Shown here piece by piece: positions 9,937-20,773 of a stretch of DNA of 64,000 nt. Numbering within the stretch: the stretch's first letter is position 1; each line of letters begins with the position of its first letter. The position numbers were made by a program, and so were the translations under genes. A model generated the notes under the pieces. It did no database searches, had not been told where the DNA came from, and saw only the letters and a list, made by a program, of their open reading frames with translations. The stretch is taken from contig JAFGEC010000512.1 in NCBI GenBank assembly GCA_016931775.1, positions 460 to 64,459 of the forward strand. Reading direction: 5' to 3'. This DNA is from Candidatus Zhuqueibacterota bacterium. Its GTDB lineage: Bacteria; Zhuqueibacterota; Zhuqueibacteria; Residuimicrobiales; JAFGEC01.

Positions 9937-11565
9937 ATGACATTAAAACTGAATAAATTATCCGGTTTTTCCGGCCGTAAAGGGCCGTTATTACTGGTTA
10001 TTATGGACGGTGTCGGCATCGGTAAAAACGATGAATCCAATGCCGTATATATGGCAAAAACCCCAGTGCTGGATAAACTGTTTCAAAGCCGGCTGTATAC
10101 CCAACTCAAAGCCCATGGTATGGCTGTCGGACTGCCGTCCGATGCGGATATGGGCAACAGCGAAGTCGGCCATAACGCACTGGGTGCGGGACGTGTTTTT
10201 GCCCAGGGTGCCAAGCTGGTGGATAATTCCATTGAATCCGGGAAAATTTTCCAATCCGACTTGTGGGAGAAGATGGTCGCCCGGGGTTTGAAAGGCGGCA
10301 CGCTGCATTTTATCGGTCTGCTATCCGACGGCAACGTGCATTCCAACACCGCCCATTTGTACGCCCTCATCAATGAATGCGCGGTGCGCGGTGTGCGGTG
10401 CCTGCGTGTGCACGCCCTTTTGGACGGCAGGGATGTAGGTGAACGCTCCGCGCTGGATTATATCCGGCCGACTCAGGCTCTGCTGGATAAAATATCAGCC
10501 GACAAGGATTTCGATTACACCATCGCATCGGGCGGCGGACGCATGGTAACCACCATGGACCGCTATAACGCCGACTGGAGCGTGGTCAAACGCGGTTGGG
10601 ATGCCCATGTCAAAGGTATCGGTAGAAAATTTGAATCCGCCGAACAGGCGGTTCAGACCTACTACGACGAAGATCCCGGCATTACCGACCAGTATATGAA
10701 TTCTTTTGTGATTGTCGATAAAAAAGGCGAACCCAACGGTCTGATTAAAGACGGCGATGCGGTTCTTGATTATAACTTTCGTGGTGACCGGGCCATTGAA
10801 ATATCCCGGGCTTTTGAGGAAAAAGAATTTACCGAATTCGACCGCGGTCTGCTGCCGGATGTGCTGTACGCCGGCATGATGCAATATGACGGCGATTTGA
10901 AAATTCCGGCCAATTTTCTGGTTCAACCGCCTGAAATAGACCGCACCATTTCACAATACCTGTGTGCTGAAAAAGTCAAGATGTTCGCTATTTCCGAAAC
11001 GCAAAAATACGGCCACGTCACCTATTTCTGGAATGGCAACCGGTCCGGTTATATCGATAAATCGCTGGAAACCTATGTGGAAATTCCTTCGGACAAGATC
11101 GAGTTCGACAAGGCTCCCAAGATGAAGGCCGAGGGAATAACAGAAAAAACCATCGAGCTGCTCAAATCCGGTGATTACCGGTTCGGCCGGCTCAATTTTG
11201 CCAATGGCGACATGGTGGGGCATACCGGCGTGATGCAGGCCGCTATTACCGCCGTTGAAACGGTGGATTCGTGTCTTGACCGGCTATTGAAGGTGGTAAA
11301 GGAACTAAACGGTATTGCGGTCATTACCGCCGACCATGGAAATTCCGACGAAATGTTTACGGTTAAAAACGGTAAAAAATCACCCAAAACCGCCCACACA
11401 CTCAATCCCGTTCCGTTTGTTATCGTGGATTCCGGGTATGCTGACGAATACCACATGGCCAAAGTGGAGAATCCGGGATTGAGTAATATAGCTGGAACGC
11501 TGCTCAATCTGCTGGGTTATGAAAATGTCGATTATTATGACGATTCGCTAATCACATTTGATTGA
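9937..11565 (+). CDS. gpmI: 2,3-bisphosphoglycerate-independent phosphoglycerate mutase
   Basis: Motifs LLLVIMDGVGIG, MGNSEVGHNALGAGR and a C-terminal ADHGN. The start is set at the ATG at 9937, which has an AAAAGGGA RBS. The upstream in-frame ATG at 9865 lacks an RBS. Confidence 0.9.
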   Translation: MTLKLNKLSGFSGRKGPLLLVIMDGVGIGKNDESNAVYMAKTPVLDKLFQSRLYTQLKAHGMAVGLPSDADMGNSEVGHNALGAGRVFAQGAKLVDNSIESGKIFQSDLWEKMVARGLKGGTLHFIGLLSDGNVHSNTAHLYALINECAVRGVRCLRVHALLDGRDVGERSALDYIRPTQALLDKISADKDFDYTIASGGGRMVTTMDRYNADWSVVKRGWDAHVKGIGRKFESAEQAVQTYYDEDPGITDQYMNSFVIVDKKGEPNGLIKDGDAVLDYNFRGDRAIEISRAFEEKEFTEFDRGLLPDVLYAGMMQYDGDLKIPANFLVQPPEIDRTISQYLCAEKVKMFAISETQKYGHVTYFWNGNRSGYIDKSLETYVEIPSDKIEFDKAPKMKAEGITEKTIELLKSGDYRFGRLNFANGDMVGHTGVMQAAITAVETVDSCLDRLLKVVKELNGIAVITADHGNSDEMFTVKNGKKSPKTAHTLNPVPFVIVDSGYADEYHMAKVENPGLSNIAGTLLNLLGYENVDYYDDSLITFD

Positions 11566-11986
11566 AATGAATATTCCGAATCTTAAAATCCTCGATCACA
11601 CCGGTGATATTGGTTTTGAACTGCAGGCCCGGAATATGGCCGAATTGTTCTCAGATGCGGCGCTTGGAATGGCCAAACTCATATGCCCTGATTTTAATGG
11701 TACCGGTGTTTTCCGGTCGGTTTTGGTCAATGCAGATGACCAGGAGATGCTGATGGTGAGCTGGTTGTCGGAGATCAATTTTTTCTTCCAGACGGAACAA
11801 TATTTGCCGTCAAAAGTAAAAATAATTTTCATGGAAAAAACCAGCATAACGGCCGTATTGGACGGTAATATGGTTCAGCCGGGTAAAACACCGGTTGAAA
11901 CGGATATCAAGGCGGTGACTTATCACATGCTCTATGTCCGGGAAACGGATCAGGGCGCATCGGCACGCATTTTGTTTGATATATAA
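11558..11986 (+). CDS. Archease (RtcB activator/chaperone)
   Basis: N-terminal ...LDHTGDIGFEL... archease signature, immediately upstream of rtcB. The start may be the second ATG at 11567. Confidence 0.85.
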   Translation: MIEMNIPNLKILDHTGDIGFELQARNMAELFSDAALGMAKLICPDFNGTGVFRSVLVNADDQEMLMVSWLSEINFFFQTEQYLPSKVKIIFMEKTSITAVLDGNMVQPGKTPVETDIKAVTYHMLYVRETDQGASARILFDI

Positions 11987-12000
11987 TACGGTAAAAAAAG

Positions 12001-13428
12001 ATGATAAAAATTTCCGATTATTTGTATGAAATACCCGCCGAGGGTAAAATGCGGGTTCCGGCGAGAATTTATGCGTCGCCGAATATGCTGAACGATATCC
12101 TGGCGGATAAATCCTTGGAACAGGCCAAAAATGTGGCGACACTGCCGGGTATTGTGGGATACAGCTACGCGATGCCGGACATTCATGCTGGGTACGGTTT
12201 TCCCATCGGCGGGGTGGCAGCGTTCGATGCCCGGGACGGCGTTGTATCACCGGGCGGTGTGGGTTATGATATTAACTGCGGCGTCCGGTTGTTGAAAACC
12301 GGATTGGAGAAAAAAGACATCGAAAACAGGATACCGCACATCGTGGATAATATGTTCAGTCTAATCCCCAGCGGTGTCGGCTCCACCGGCAGTATCAGGT
12401 TGTCCGCATCAGAAGAAAGAAAAGTACTGCGTGATGGCGCCAAATGGGCGGTCAGCAATGGATACGGATCCCCCGACGATCTGGATAAAATCGAAGAAAA
12501 CGGCACCATGCACGGTGCAGATCCTTCGCTTGTGAGCGATCACGCCCTGAAAAGAGGAAAAGGGCAGATCGGTACCCTGGGCTCGGGCAATCATTTTGTC
12601 GAAGTGGGCTTCGTGCAGGAAGTTTTCGATGAAAAGGCCGCTGAAAGGATGGGGCTGTACAAAAACCAGGTTACACTGATCATTCACACCGGGTCAAGAG
12701 GGTTCGGCCACCAGGTCTGTGATGATTATTTGAAAATTTTAATGCGAGCAAGTCAGAAATACGGCATCGAACTGCCGGACCGGCAGCTGAGCTGCGCACC
12801 CATTCAGTCCAGGGAAGGACAGGATTATCTAGCGGCTATGGCGTGTGCGGTGAATTTCAGTTTTTGCAACCGTCAGATGATTACCGCCTGGGCTCAAAAA
12901 GCATTTGAAAGAGCGTTAAAGACAAGTCCGGCAAGCATACAACTCGCTGTTGTTTATGAAGTGGCGCACAATATCGCCAAAATGGAAACGCACACTGTCG
13001 GCGGTAAACAAATGCGGGTATGTGTACACAGAAAAGGCGCAACGCGGGCGTTCGGTCCAGGCCATGATGCGGTACCGGCTGACTATCGAGATATCGGCCA
13101 ACCGGTTCTGATTCCGGGTGATATGGGACGTTACTCTTACGTGCTTTTGGGGACGGAAAAGGCCATGCAAGAAACATTCGGTTCCACCTGCCACGGCGCC
13201 GGACGATTGATGAGTCGCAGTAAGGCAAAGAAAAAGGCCAAAGGCCGCGAAATCCACAGGGAGATTATGGACCGTGGTATCTATCTGCACGCTTCCAGTT
13301 ACTCCACCATTGCTGAGGAAATGCCTGAAGCGTATAAGGATGTAGCCGATGTGGTGCAGACGGTATCGGGTGCAGGAATTTCCAAAAAAGTGGTAAAATT
13401 AAAGCCGTTGGGCGTTATAAAGGGTTAA
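12001..13428 (+). CDS. rtcB: RNA-splicing ligase RtcB
   Basis: Motifs GYGFPIGGVAAFD, GSGNHF and HTGSRGFGHQ. 475 aa. Confidence 0.9.
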   Translation: MIKISDYLYEIPAEGKMRVPARIYASPNMLNDILADKSLEQAKNVATLPGIVGYSYAMPDIHAGYGFPIGGVAAFDARDGVVSPGGVGYDINCGVRLLKTGLEKKDIENRIPHIVDNMFSLIPSGVGSTGSIRLSASEERKVLRDGAKWAVSNGYGSPDDLDKIEENGTMHGADPSLVSDHALKRGKGQIGTLGSGNHFVEVGFVQEVFDEKAAERMGLYKNQVTLIIHTGSRGFGHQVCDDYLKILMRASQKYGIELPDRQLSCAPIQSREGQDYLAAMACAVNFSFCNRQMITAWAQKAFERALKTSPASIQLAVVYEVAHNIAKMETHTVGGKQMRVCVHRKGATRAFGPGHDAVPADYRDIGQPVLIPGDMGRYSYVLLGTEKAMQETFGSTCHGAGRLMSRSKAKKKAKGREIHREIMDRGIYLHASSYSTIAEEMPEAYKDVADVVQTVSGAGISKKVVKLKPLGVIKG

Positions 13429-13571
13429 TTCGGCACTTTTTGCGAAAAACAGTGAATTTTTATGGATTTAGCAAAAAAATATATTGACTTCTATTGTAAA
13501 ATTTACTAATTATAAGTATCAATAAAATTATATCCTTTTGTTAATAAAAACTGCAGAAAGGGGCAAAAGTT

Positions 13572-14771
13572 ATGAAAAGGTTGATCTTGTTCTCGTATAT
13601 CGCCCTGATATTGGTTATACTCATAGGGAATAATCTTTATGCAGCTGTAGATATACGGATGAGATTCGTAAGCAGTGTACCCAACACACCTGTGGTCGGT
13701 CAGGAAACCCTGACCATGTACGTACAGGCAAAGAGTGTCGGCTCTCCTGCTGTTGCTCATGAAATCAGCTACTTTCAATATGCATTTAAATTTGGTGAAG
13801 ATTTGTGGAATGCTTTGCCGGGAATAACGGATGCAGAAAAATACGCAAACGTTACTATTCAGCATACTTTTCTGCGTCCATCCACCGTTTACACGCATAC
13901 AGTTACCGAAATGCTGTATAGAATTTGGCGTATTCGATATACACTTGTGACCGGCCAGACGCCGGTCGCTATCCCATCGGACCGCTGGATTCGAATTTCC
14001 AAAGTGACCGTCGTTTTTAATATTCAGGAGAATGTGAGGGACAATATCTTTTGGCCGAATACACCGGTGTTTAATGTTCTGGATGCCGAGGATCCGCCCA
14101 ACGATGTAACCGGTGCGAAGCAGGAACAATTGCTGGATATTTCCCTGCCGGTCGAGATGGCTATGTTTCAGGCCCTTTTGGAGCAGCAAAACGGCAGGAA
14201 TGTGGCGCACCTGCAATGGCGTACGGCGAGTGAAACAGACTGTGCGGGTTTTTACCTGGAAAGATGCGATGCCGGTGAATTCGGTGAATTCCGCCAAATC
14301 AGCGGTTTTATCGACGGCCAGGGCACCACAACCGAAGCGACGGATTATGAATTTTTGGACGATCGAAATATAAGTTTTACGGAAAATCCCGATGAAAATA
14401 GCGGAATATGGTATCAAATTGTCCAAAAGGATCTTGACGGTATCGAAGAAGTGTTCGGCCCGTTTCCCATCACCAAGGCACCGCCGCTACCGCAGGCCTT
14501 TTTGCTGGACCAAAATTTTCCCAATCCGTTTAATCCGATAACCTTGATCCCCTATGCGCTGCCGGAAGAGGCGAACGTAAAGGTGGAAATTTATAACCTT
14601 CTGGGACGTAAAGTCAAAACGGTTGTCGATGCCCGTCAGGAAGCCGGTGAACATACCGCTGTGTGGAACGGACTAAATGAGAGCGGAACATCTATGGGTT
14701 CCGGCGTTTATTTTTACAAGCTCACGGCCGGAAACACGACATTGACGAAAAAGATGACGCTGTTGAGATAA
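13572..14771 (+). CDS. Secreted hypothetical protein with a T9SS C-terminal sorting domain
   Basis: N-terminal signal peptide. The C-terminal 80 aa (FPNPFNPITLIPY...VEIYNLLGRKV...GVYFYKLTAG...) match the Por/T9SS C-terminal domain. Confidence 0.75.
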   Translation: MKRLILFSYIALILVILIGNNLYAAVDIRMRFVSSVPNTPVVGQETLTMYVQAKSVGSPAVAHEISYFQYAFKFGEDLWNALPGITDAEKYANVTIQHTFLRPSTVYTHTVTEMLYRIWRIRYTLVTGQTPVAIPSDRWIRISKVTVVFNIQENVRDNIFWPNTPVFNVLDAEDPPNDVTGAKQEQLLDISLPVEMAMFQALLEQQNGRNVAHLQWRTASETDCAGFYLERCDAGEFGEFRQISGFIDGQGTTTEATDYEFLDDRNISFTENPDENSGIWYQIVQKDLDGIEEVFGPFPITKAPPLPQAFLLDQNFPNPFNPITLIPYALPEEANVKVEIYNLLGRKVKTVVDARQEAGEHTAVWNGLNESGTSMGSGVYFYKLTAGNTTLTKKMTLLR

Positions 14772-14806
14772 AATTTTGTAAAGTAATTTTTATATATTTT
14801 AATTTT

Positions 14807-14835
14807 GGGCCCCCTGTCATCAGGGGGCTTTTTTT
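14807..14835 (+). terminator. Rho-independent terminator
   Basis: GCCCCCTG-tcat-CAGGGGGC followed by TTTTTTT, 35 nt after the stop. Confidence 0.7.
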
Positions 14836-15089
14836 GTTGCAGCCGTTTGATAAAGAATCTGAAATGGTGCGTGGAAACCCGATTCGCCGACGCTGATGTT
14901 TGAATATTGACGGGAATTGGACAGCATAATTTCAACCGTCCCGCTGGGATGGCACACGATTTTTTACTCAAACCCGGTGACAAATCACCGGGCTATTGCC
15001 GGGTACTCCTGACGGGGTAAAGAAAATTATTTTTGAATACTTTGAGCTCATCGAGAGTGAACGGGATAAATTTTATAGGAGGTCTAGAT

Positions 15090-15158
15090 ATGAAAAAATT
15101 ACATCATATCAAAAAAATAAAATTCACAGCAGACTATTTTATTTGTTACCTATTCTGA
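15090..15158 (+). other. Candidate small ORF (22 codons, MKKLHHIKKIKFTADYFICYLF) with a strong RBS
   Basis: AGGAGG 7 nt upstream of the ATG. The peptide has a cationic N-terminus and a hydrophobic C-terminus. It is below the length cutoff of the ORF track. Confidence 0.2.
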
Positions 15159-15242
15159 ATTTTTAATATCAGACGGCCACCCCAATACCCATAATTTGAA
15201 AAACAGTCAAACCTAGACCGCCAGTAGAAATTCCACCTATAT

Positions 15243-15581
15243 CTATTCCTCCATCCTGAAAACAATCAATAAAAACACCACAAAATCAGCCATAAAATGT
15301 ATCACAACCGGAATGAGGATTCCCTTTGTACGCTGCACCAGCCAGCCCATCATAACGCCGAATAAAAATGTGAGGAATAATCCAGCTAAACCGATAGGAA
15401 ATCCCGCCTGATAATGTAAAAAACCAAACCAGATGGCCTGTAAAATATTCGCAGCTATTAAACCAATTTCCCTCGAAAAGTAGGTCAATAGAACAGCCCG
15501 GAAAAGAACTTCATACTCGGCGTTAATGGATTTAAATCCAATTTGAAAATAAAAAATGACAAGAGGCAAGACGGCCATCAT
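15243..15581 (-). CDS. CPBP-family (CAAX/Abi-like) intramembrane metalloprotease, short form
   Basis: EYEVLFR (EExxxR-like), FGFLHY (FxxxH) and HFMAD motifs in a polytopic membrane protein. The internal start at MMAVL avoids a 166-nt overlap with the upstream methyltransferase. Confidence 0.55.
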   Translation of the reverse strand: MMAVLPLVIFYFQIGFKSINAEYEVLFRAVLLTYFSREIGLIAANILQAIWFGFLHYQAGFPIGLAGLFLTFLFGVMMGWLVQRTKGILIPVVIHFMADFVVFLLIVFRMEE

Positions 15582-15610
15582 GGCAAAATTCAAAATATGT
15601 TGAACAGTTT

Positions 15611-16234
15611 TTATTTGTATCCTGTGATACAAATAAAATCCCGGTATTGATCTTGTTCCCGTATCATTTTGATGTCTCGAAAACCGGCATGGATTAAAAA
15701 CGACCGGCCCTCTGTTTCTTTGAATGTTTTTATCCCGTACTGAGTGAACGGTTTGTTCTGCAAATCTTTTTCGCAAGTAAACGTCAAAACAAGCCTGCCG
15801 TTATTTTCCAGTACGCTGTAAATTTCTGCAATGCCCTGTTGAGGATCGTTCCAATAAAATATGGAATTGACCGAACAGACCTTGTTAAAATGCCTGTCGG
15901 GATAGGGTAGATTCTCCGCTCTGCCGCATGTAATATCGACTTGACCGGCCCTGATGGCACGCCGCCATCGTTTTCTGCCGTTTTTTATCATCACGGGGGA
16001 AATGTCGATACCGGCGGCAAATCCGGCTTTTACCTGTGGTATAATCCGGTCGAGTAAATACCCCCCGCCAAAGCCGATATCGAGGACGCGGTCGTCCACT
16101 CCTAACTGTAGTTGAGACAATGTCAAATTGTTCAATGCGGCGTTTCGCTTGTTCCACAATCGGCCGATAATAAACCGGCCAACGAAACCATGGGGACAGC
16201 GCAGTTGATTTGCTAGATATTTTTGAATTTTCAT
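15611..16234 (-). CDS. Class I SAM-dependent methyltransferase
   Basis: VLDIGFGGGYL glycine-rich SAM motif and a Methyltransf_11-like layout. Confidence 0.8.
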   Translation of the reverse strand: MKIQKYLANQLRCPHGFVGRFIIGRLWNKRNAALNNLTLSQLQLGVDDRVLDIGFGGGYLLDRIIPQVKAGFAAGIDISPVMIKNGRKRWRRAIRAGQVDITCGRAENLPYPDRHFNKVCSVNSIFYWNDPQQGIAEIYSVLENNGRLVLTFTCEKDLQNKPFTQYGIKTFKETEGRSFLIHAGFRDIKMIREQDQYRDFICITGYK

Positions 16235-16308
16235 TTCTTCCTGTCCGGATTAGAAATTAAACGCAAGAAGTGTTCCCTTTTAGCTCATTTTGTGATTCCC
16301 ATTTGATA

Positions 16309-19300
16309 CTATTTCAAAACAACCATCTTTTTCACACATGAATAATTTTTCATGACAATTTTATACAAATATACACCGGATGCAAGTGTACTCGCATTAA
16401 AGGTATACGAATACATTCCGGCCTCATGTTCCGAATCGATAAAATTGCCGACTTGACGACCACGGATGTCGTAAACTTTTAAAATAACGTGGCACGATTC
16501 TTTCACGCCGTATTTTATCGTCGTTTTAGGATTAAATGGATTGGGAAAATTTTGATCGAGTGAAAAACTCATCGGCCTTAACGGTTCGCTATGTTTTAAT
16601 CCGGTTTCTGGGCTGATATGTACAAGAGCCGATCCCTTCAAGCGACTCAACGTATCCTCGACGGTTATCTGAAAATATCCCGTATCGCTTCCTGCGGTAA
16701 ATAATCCGTTACGTCCGATGGTCCCGCCAGTTGCTGACCATTTTGCATAAACAGCGACGTCAGCGCCCGAGGAATCAAATCCCTGGGCGGTAAACTGTAA
16801 CGCACTGTAGGGCGTCATAACCGAGGAATCGGGCGTAACCGATATTTTTACCAGTCCGGGCAGGATACAAATAAAAGCGCTGTCCCGGACATGAGTGGCC
16901 GGATTTAACGCAAAAACATAAAAATATCCGGCGATGCTTCCGGCTGTAAATAGACCGGTGCTGTTTATTTCCCCCCCCCGTCGCAGACCATATGACATCA
17001 ATGTCCAGCGGCATACCCAGTGAGTCGTATCCCGTAGCGCTGAAAGGCACAGACATCCCTGTGCGAATTCGGGCCGTGTCGGGGGAAATCGTAATTGACG
17101 CCAATGTTGAATGATACACCATGACCGTTACAGAATCGACTGCAGATTGGGATGGATTGCTCCGGGAAACCGCCTTTATTTTTATTTTTGAATGGGCGCC
17201 TGCCGTTATACCGTACGGGATCGTGCAGATAATGAACGTATCGGCTCCCACACTGTCCTGCAAAGTAACTGAAAAATGCGTGGATTGTCCAAGCCAGCCT
17301 GATGAATCGGCAGATATTTCCACATCCAATACGTCATCCGGATTCGTCCAGTTTTGAAAAGCGCAGATGACGGAATCTTGTTGACCGGCAGCGATAAAGC
17401 TGGTGTCATTTTGGGCAAAAACCGCCACACTGACAGGGATCGAACGCCAATTGCTAAACATGACGTTGCCGTTGATACCGTCTCCTGACTGCGGTCCTGC
17501 AGCATCTCCCCACCAGTTATTCCAGGCGGCTATTGGGAATGTGGTATCCAGATTATTCAATCCGAATCCGTTGTTGTCAAAAATGTTGTTAGAATACACG
17601 ATTGGATTTGAACCGTTCCGGCAGCTGATTCCGTCTCCGACATCGTGATGGATTTGGTTGTAGCAGATTTCCGCAACGGCATTTTCCAGGTGTATACCTG
17701 AGGATGGCGATTGGCCCCCCTCAATATTATTGTTGCTGATAGTGATTCTGGCAGAATAGGTAATCACCGGGCCGGTTCCGGGACTGTTTTCGACCGATAC
17801 GTTTCTGTTGTTGCCTATTACTGTGTTGTTAAATACGTTTATTTTTTTACACATCACCATATCTAGACCTTGATATTGATTGTATAACAACTTGTTTGCA
17901 TAAATTTCACCTTCGGAACATGAAACCAATGATATCCCGGCTCCGAAATTATTTACAATCCGGTTATCGTGTAGTTTAAAGCCGCCCAGTTTTACACCGT
18001 CGATACCCGATCCTCCGTTATTAAGAATTTTATTTTCAGATATATTCATTTCGGCGGCTTCTTTTACGGAAATACCCTCTAATTCATTACTCGTGATTTC
18101 ATTTGAAGTGACGACGGCTTTGCTTGATTTTGTAAAAAAACAAATTCCCTCCCATTTATTGGAATTTATTTTGTTTTTGCGTATAGAGGTTTGGTTTGAG
18201 TTCTCAAGAACAACAACGCCGTAAGCATTGTTATCATATATTTCATTGTTTTCGACGGTATTTTCATGTGAATTTTCTTTGATCGACAAACCGGAACTTT
18301 GATTTGTGTGAATTCTGTTGCTGCGTATATTGTTTTTCTGGCTGGACTCGATCAATACGAGTCCGACGTCCTTGTTATTGGCTAAATCATTATCGTAAAT
18401 AATATTGTCACTGGATTGTTGTAAAAACATTCCAAAAAGATCATTCCCGGAAATGAGGTTTTCATTCACACCGGTCTTCCGGCATTCAAAGAGTGCAATA
18501 CCCTGGCCTATATTATGTGCCACATTCGGATTGCCCTGTTTATTGGTGGTGCAGGAAGTGATTTGATTCTTTTCGATTGTTGAACGCTGGCTTTTCGCCA
18601 GAATGATACCGGGACCCTGATTGCCGGAAATTTGGTTATCGCTGATGATATGTTCGTCACCGGTATCGATAAAAATTGCCCCTCCCGTGCTGCCGGAAAT
18701 TTCATTCGACCTGATTGTGTGTTTTTGCGGATTCGAGCCTAAAAGTTCTGCAATTAAAATTCCGATTCCGGCGTTGTTGATAATCTTATTGCCCTGGATT
18801 TCGTTTTCAACGGCAAGACTTTCAATTCGTATTCCGCCGATCTGGTCAATGGACACTTTTAAAAATCCATTTTCACGAATGTCGTTATCACGAATCTTGT
18901 TTCTTGAACCCGCCGAAATAAGGATGGCGTGGGTGGCATTTCCTGTTATGCTATTTTCGTATATTTCGTTATCATCCTGGTTTAGAATGATGCCGTCAAC
19001 GTTTTGGGTGATTTCGTTTTTATAAAGTTTGTTTTTGTCTGCATTGTCCAGCCAAATACCCGTATGAAAAAATTTAATTCGATTTTCCTGAAAGACATTT
19101 TCATTGGCAGCATTTAAAAGAACGCCGTCGCTGTGGTCAAGGATAAGGGCGTTATTGGGTCCGGTGATGGTGTTTTTTTCGATTTCATTTTCGTGCGAAT
19201 TTTTTATTCTGATACCTGCAGTCGCACCATCATTCTCCGGGCTTGTAGCATAAAAGTCGCTGATGATGTTTTCGATTATTTTATTTGACTTACACAAATC

Positions 19301-20722
19301 ATCAACATAAATGCCATATTGAAAAAATTTAATAGTATTTTTATTCAGTGTGTTTTCATCACATATACTGTGTAGGATGATACCGATACTTTCTTCTTTT
19401 TTTGTGCCCTCAATAATATTGTTCTCAAATTTAGAAAAATTTGACGCTTTTTGCAGTTGAATGCCCCGGTATGCAATAGAATTGAGTTCATTGTTTTTGA
19501 ATTCGATTTTTTCGGCTGCTTCAAAAAAAGCCCCCAAATAACTCAGGGTGATTTTATTCCCGGTTATTTTGTGTTCCAAACCTCTCTTGACAAACAGGCC
19601 GTAATTGTTATTGATGATAATATTGTTTTCCACATTGCACTTGGTGAGATAAGGTGTTTCGGGTTTGGCCACGATGGCAATTCCGGCGATCTCCTTAGCG
19701 ACAGCACCGGTAATTGTAAAACCATTCAAAGTACTATTGTCTTTTTCGAACACTACCACATTATCGCTGCTGTTGTTAGCCATAACGGTGGTTACTTCCG
19801 GTCCATTAAAGGATAACAGTTTTAATTCTTTTTTCAGAACGACATTTTCTTTATACTGTCCGGGACACACCTTGATGGTGTGGCCATCCTGGGTTTCCGT
19901 ATCATCGATGGCTGTTTGAATGGAATCAAATACTGCTTGTGCCAGAATATTGTGCACACATCCTACGACAGTCGGTCCGCCTATCACCCTTTTAAACTTT
20001 GGCTGATCGGACGGCATTTGAACCCCCGGTTCATAAGTTGCAGGTTTGGCCTCAATGAGCGCCATGTTTGTAAAGGCATAAAATTCGCCGAGGTATGTGT
20101 CGTCTTCATTACGGTTATAAACATTAAAATCATAGGTAACGGTAAGCAAAACAGACGTACTGGCATAAATTGTCAGATCAACCGGAAATACTAAATTATC
20201 GCCATCCGATAAGAACACGTTTTGACTGAGAATTGTACCGTTCTCGCCGCCTAAATGAAGTTTCGCCAGTTTGACTCCCTCTTTTTCATCCCCTGTCCCC
20301 TCTGTATAAAAAACAATCGAATTGACGTTCCAGTCGTCTGCCTCACTGGCGGAGAGACGGATTTGCGTGATAAGGGTATTGGTATTTTCATCTTCTTCCT
20401 GAGGCGGGCATACCGGTTGGTAATCCGGATTATCAGGCCCGGCGGATAGGACAAGAATAGGGCCAAACAGTCCGACCGCCTCATCACAATTGTCTGGAGC
20501 GTTTCCATTTACCCGGACTTTTGTTCGAGTTGCCGTTCCACCGGCTGCACCCTGCCATTCAATAAACGCCCAACCGTCTTCGGCCTTCGCTTCCAGCTCG
20601 ACCTCGCCTCCGCAATCGACCGCGACGTAAGGTGGATTGACGGTTCCCGCTGTGGAGACAGGGGCGACACGAGTGGTCAAACAACACTGAGGTGACGCTA
20701 TTTTAACGATCCCGATCATCAA
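16309..20722 (-). pseudogene. Giant beta-helix / Ig(Big_2)-repeat adhesin with a T9SS C-terminal domain, split into two ORFs (16775..20722 and 16309..17001) by a +1 frameshift in a poly-G tract. Either phase-variable or disrupted.
   Basis: The upstream ORF has dozens of NxIxxN parallel beta-helix turns and ends ...DVIWSATGGG. The downstream ORF starts ...GGEINSTGLFTAG, repeats the Big_2 motif WSATGGTIGRNGLFTAGSDTGYF in-frame, and ends with a T9SS CTD. Removing one G of 9 fuses them into a roughly 1,470-aa protein. Confidence 0.7.
16971..16979. repeat. Homopolymeric tract C9 (G9 on the coding strand) at the frameshift point
   Basis: Directly visible: tttatttCCCCCCCCCgtcgc. Confidence 0.9.
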
Positions 20723-20773
20723 ATCATACAGCAGGGCAATAATATCAATGCTGCCCGCCTTGCTTGTTAATGT

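Noticed and set aside
15243-15776. Full 177-aa CPBP ORF whose first 65 codons overlap the 3' end of the methyltransferase by 166 nt
   Set aside because: The N-terminal extension has no membrane-protein character. The internal Met (MMAVL...) begins the hydrophobic CPBP core and removes the overlap, so I used the shorter call.
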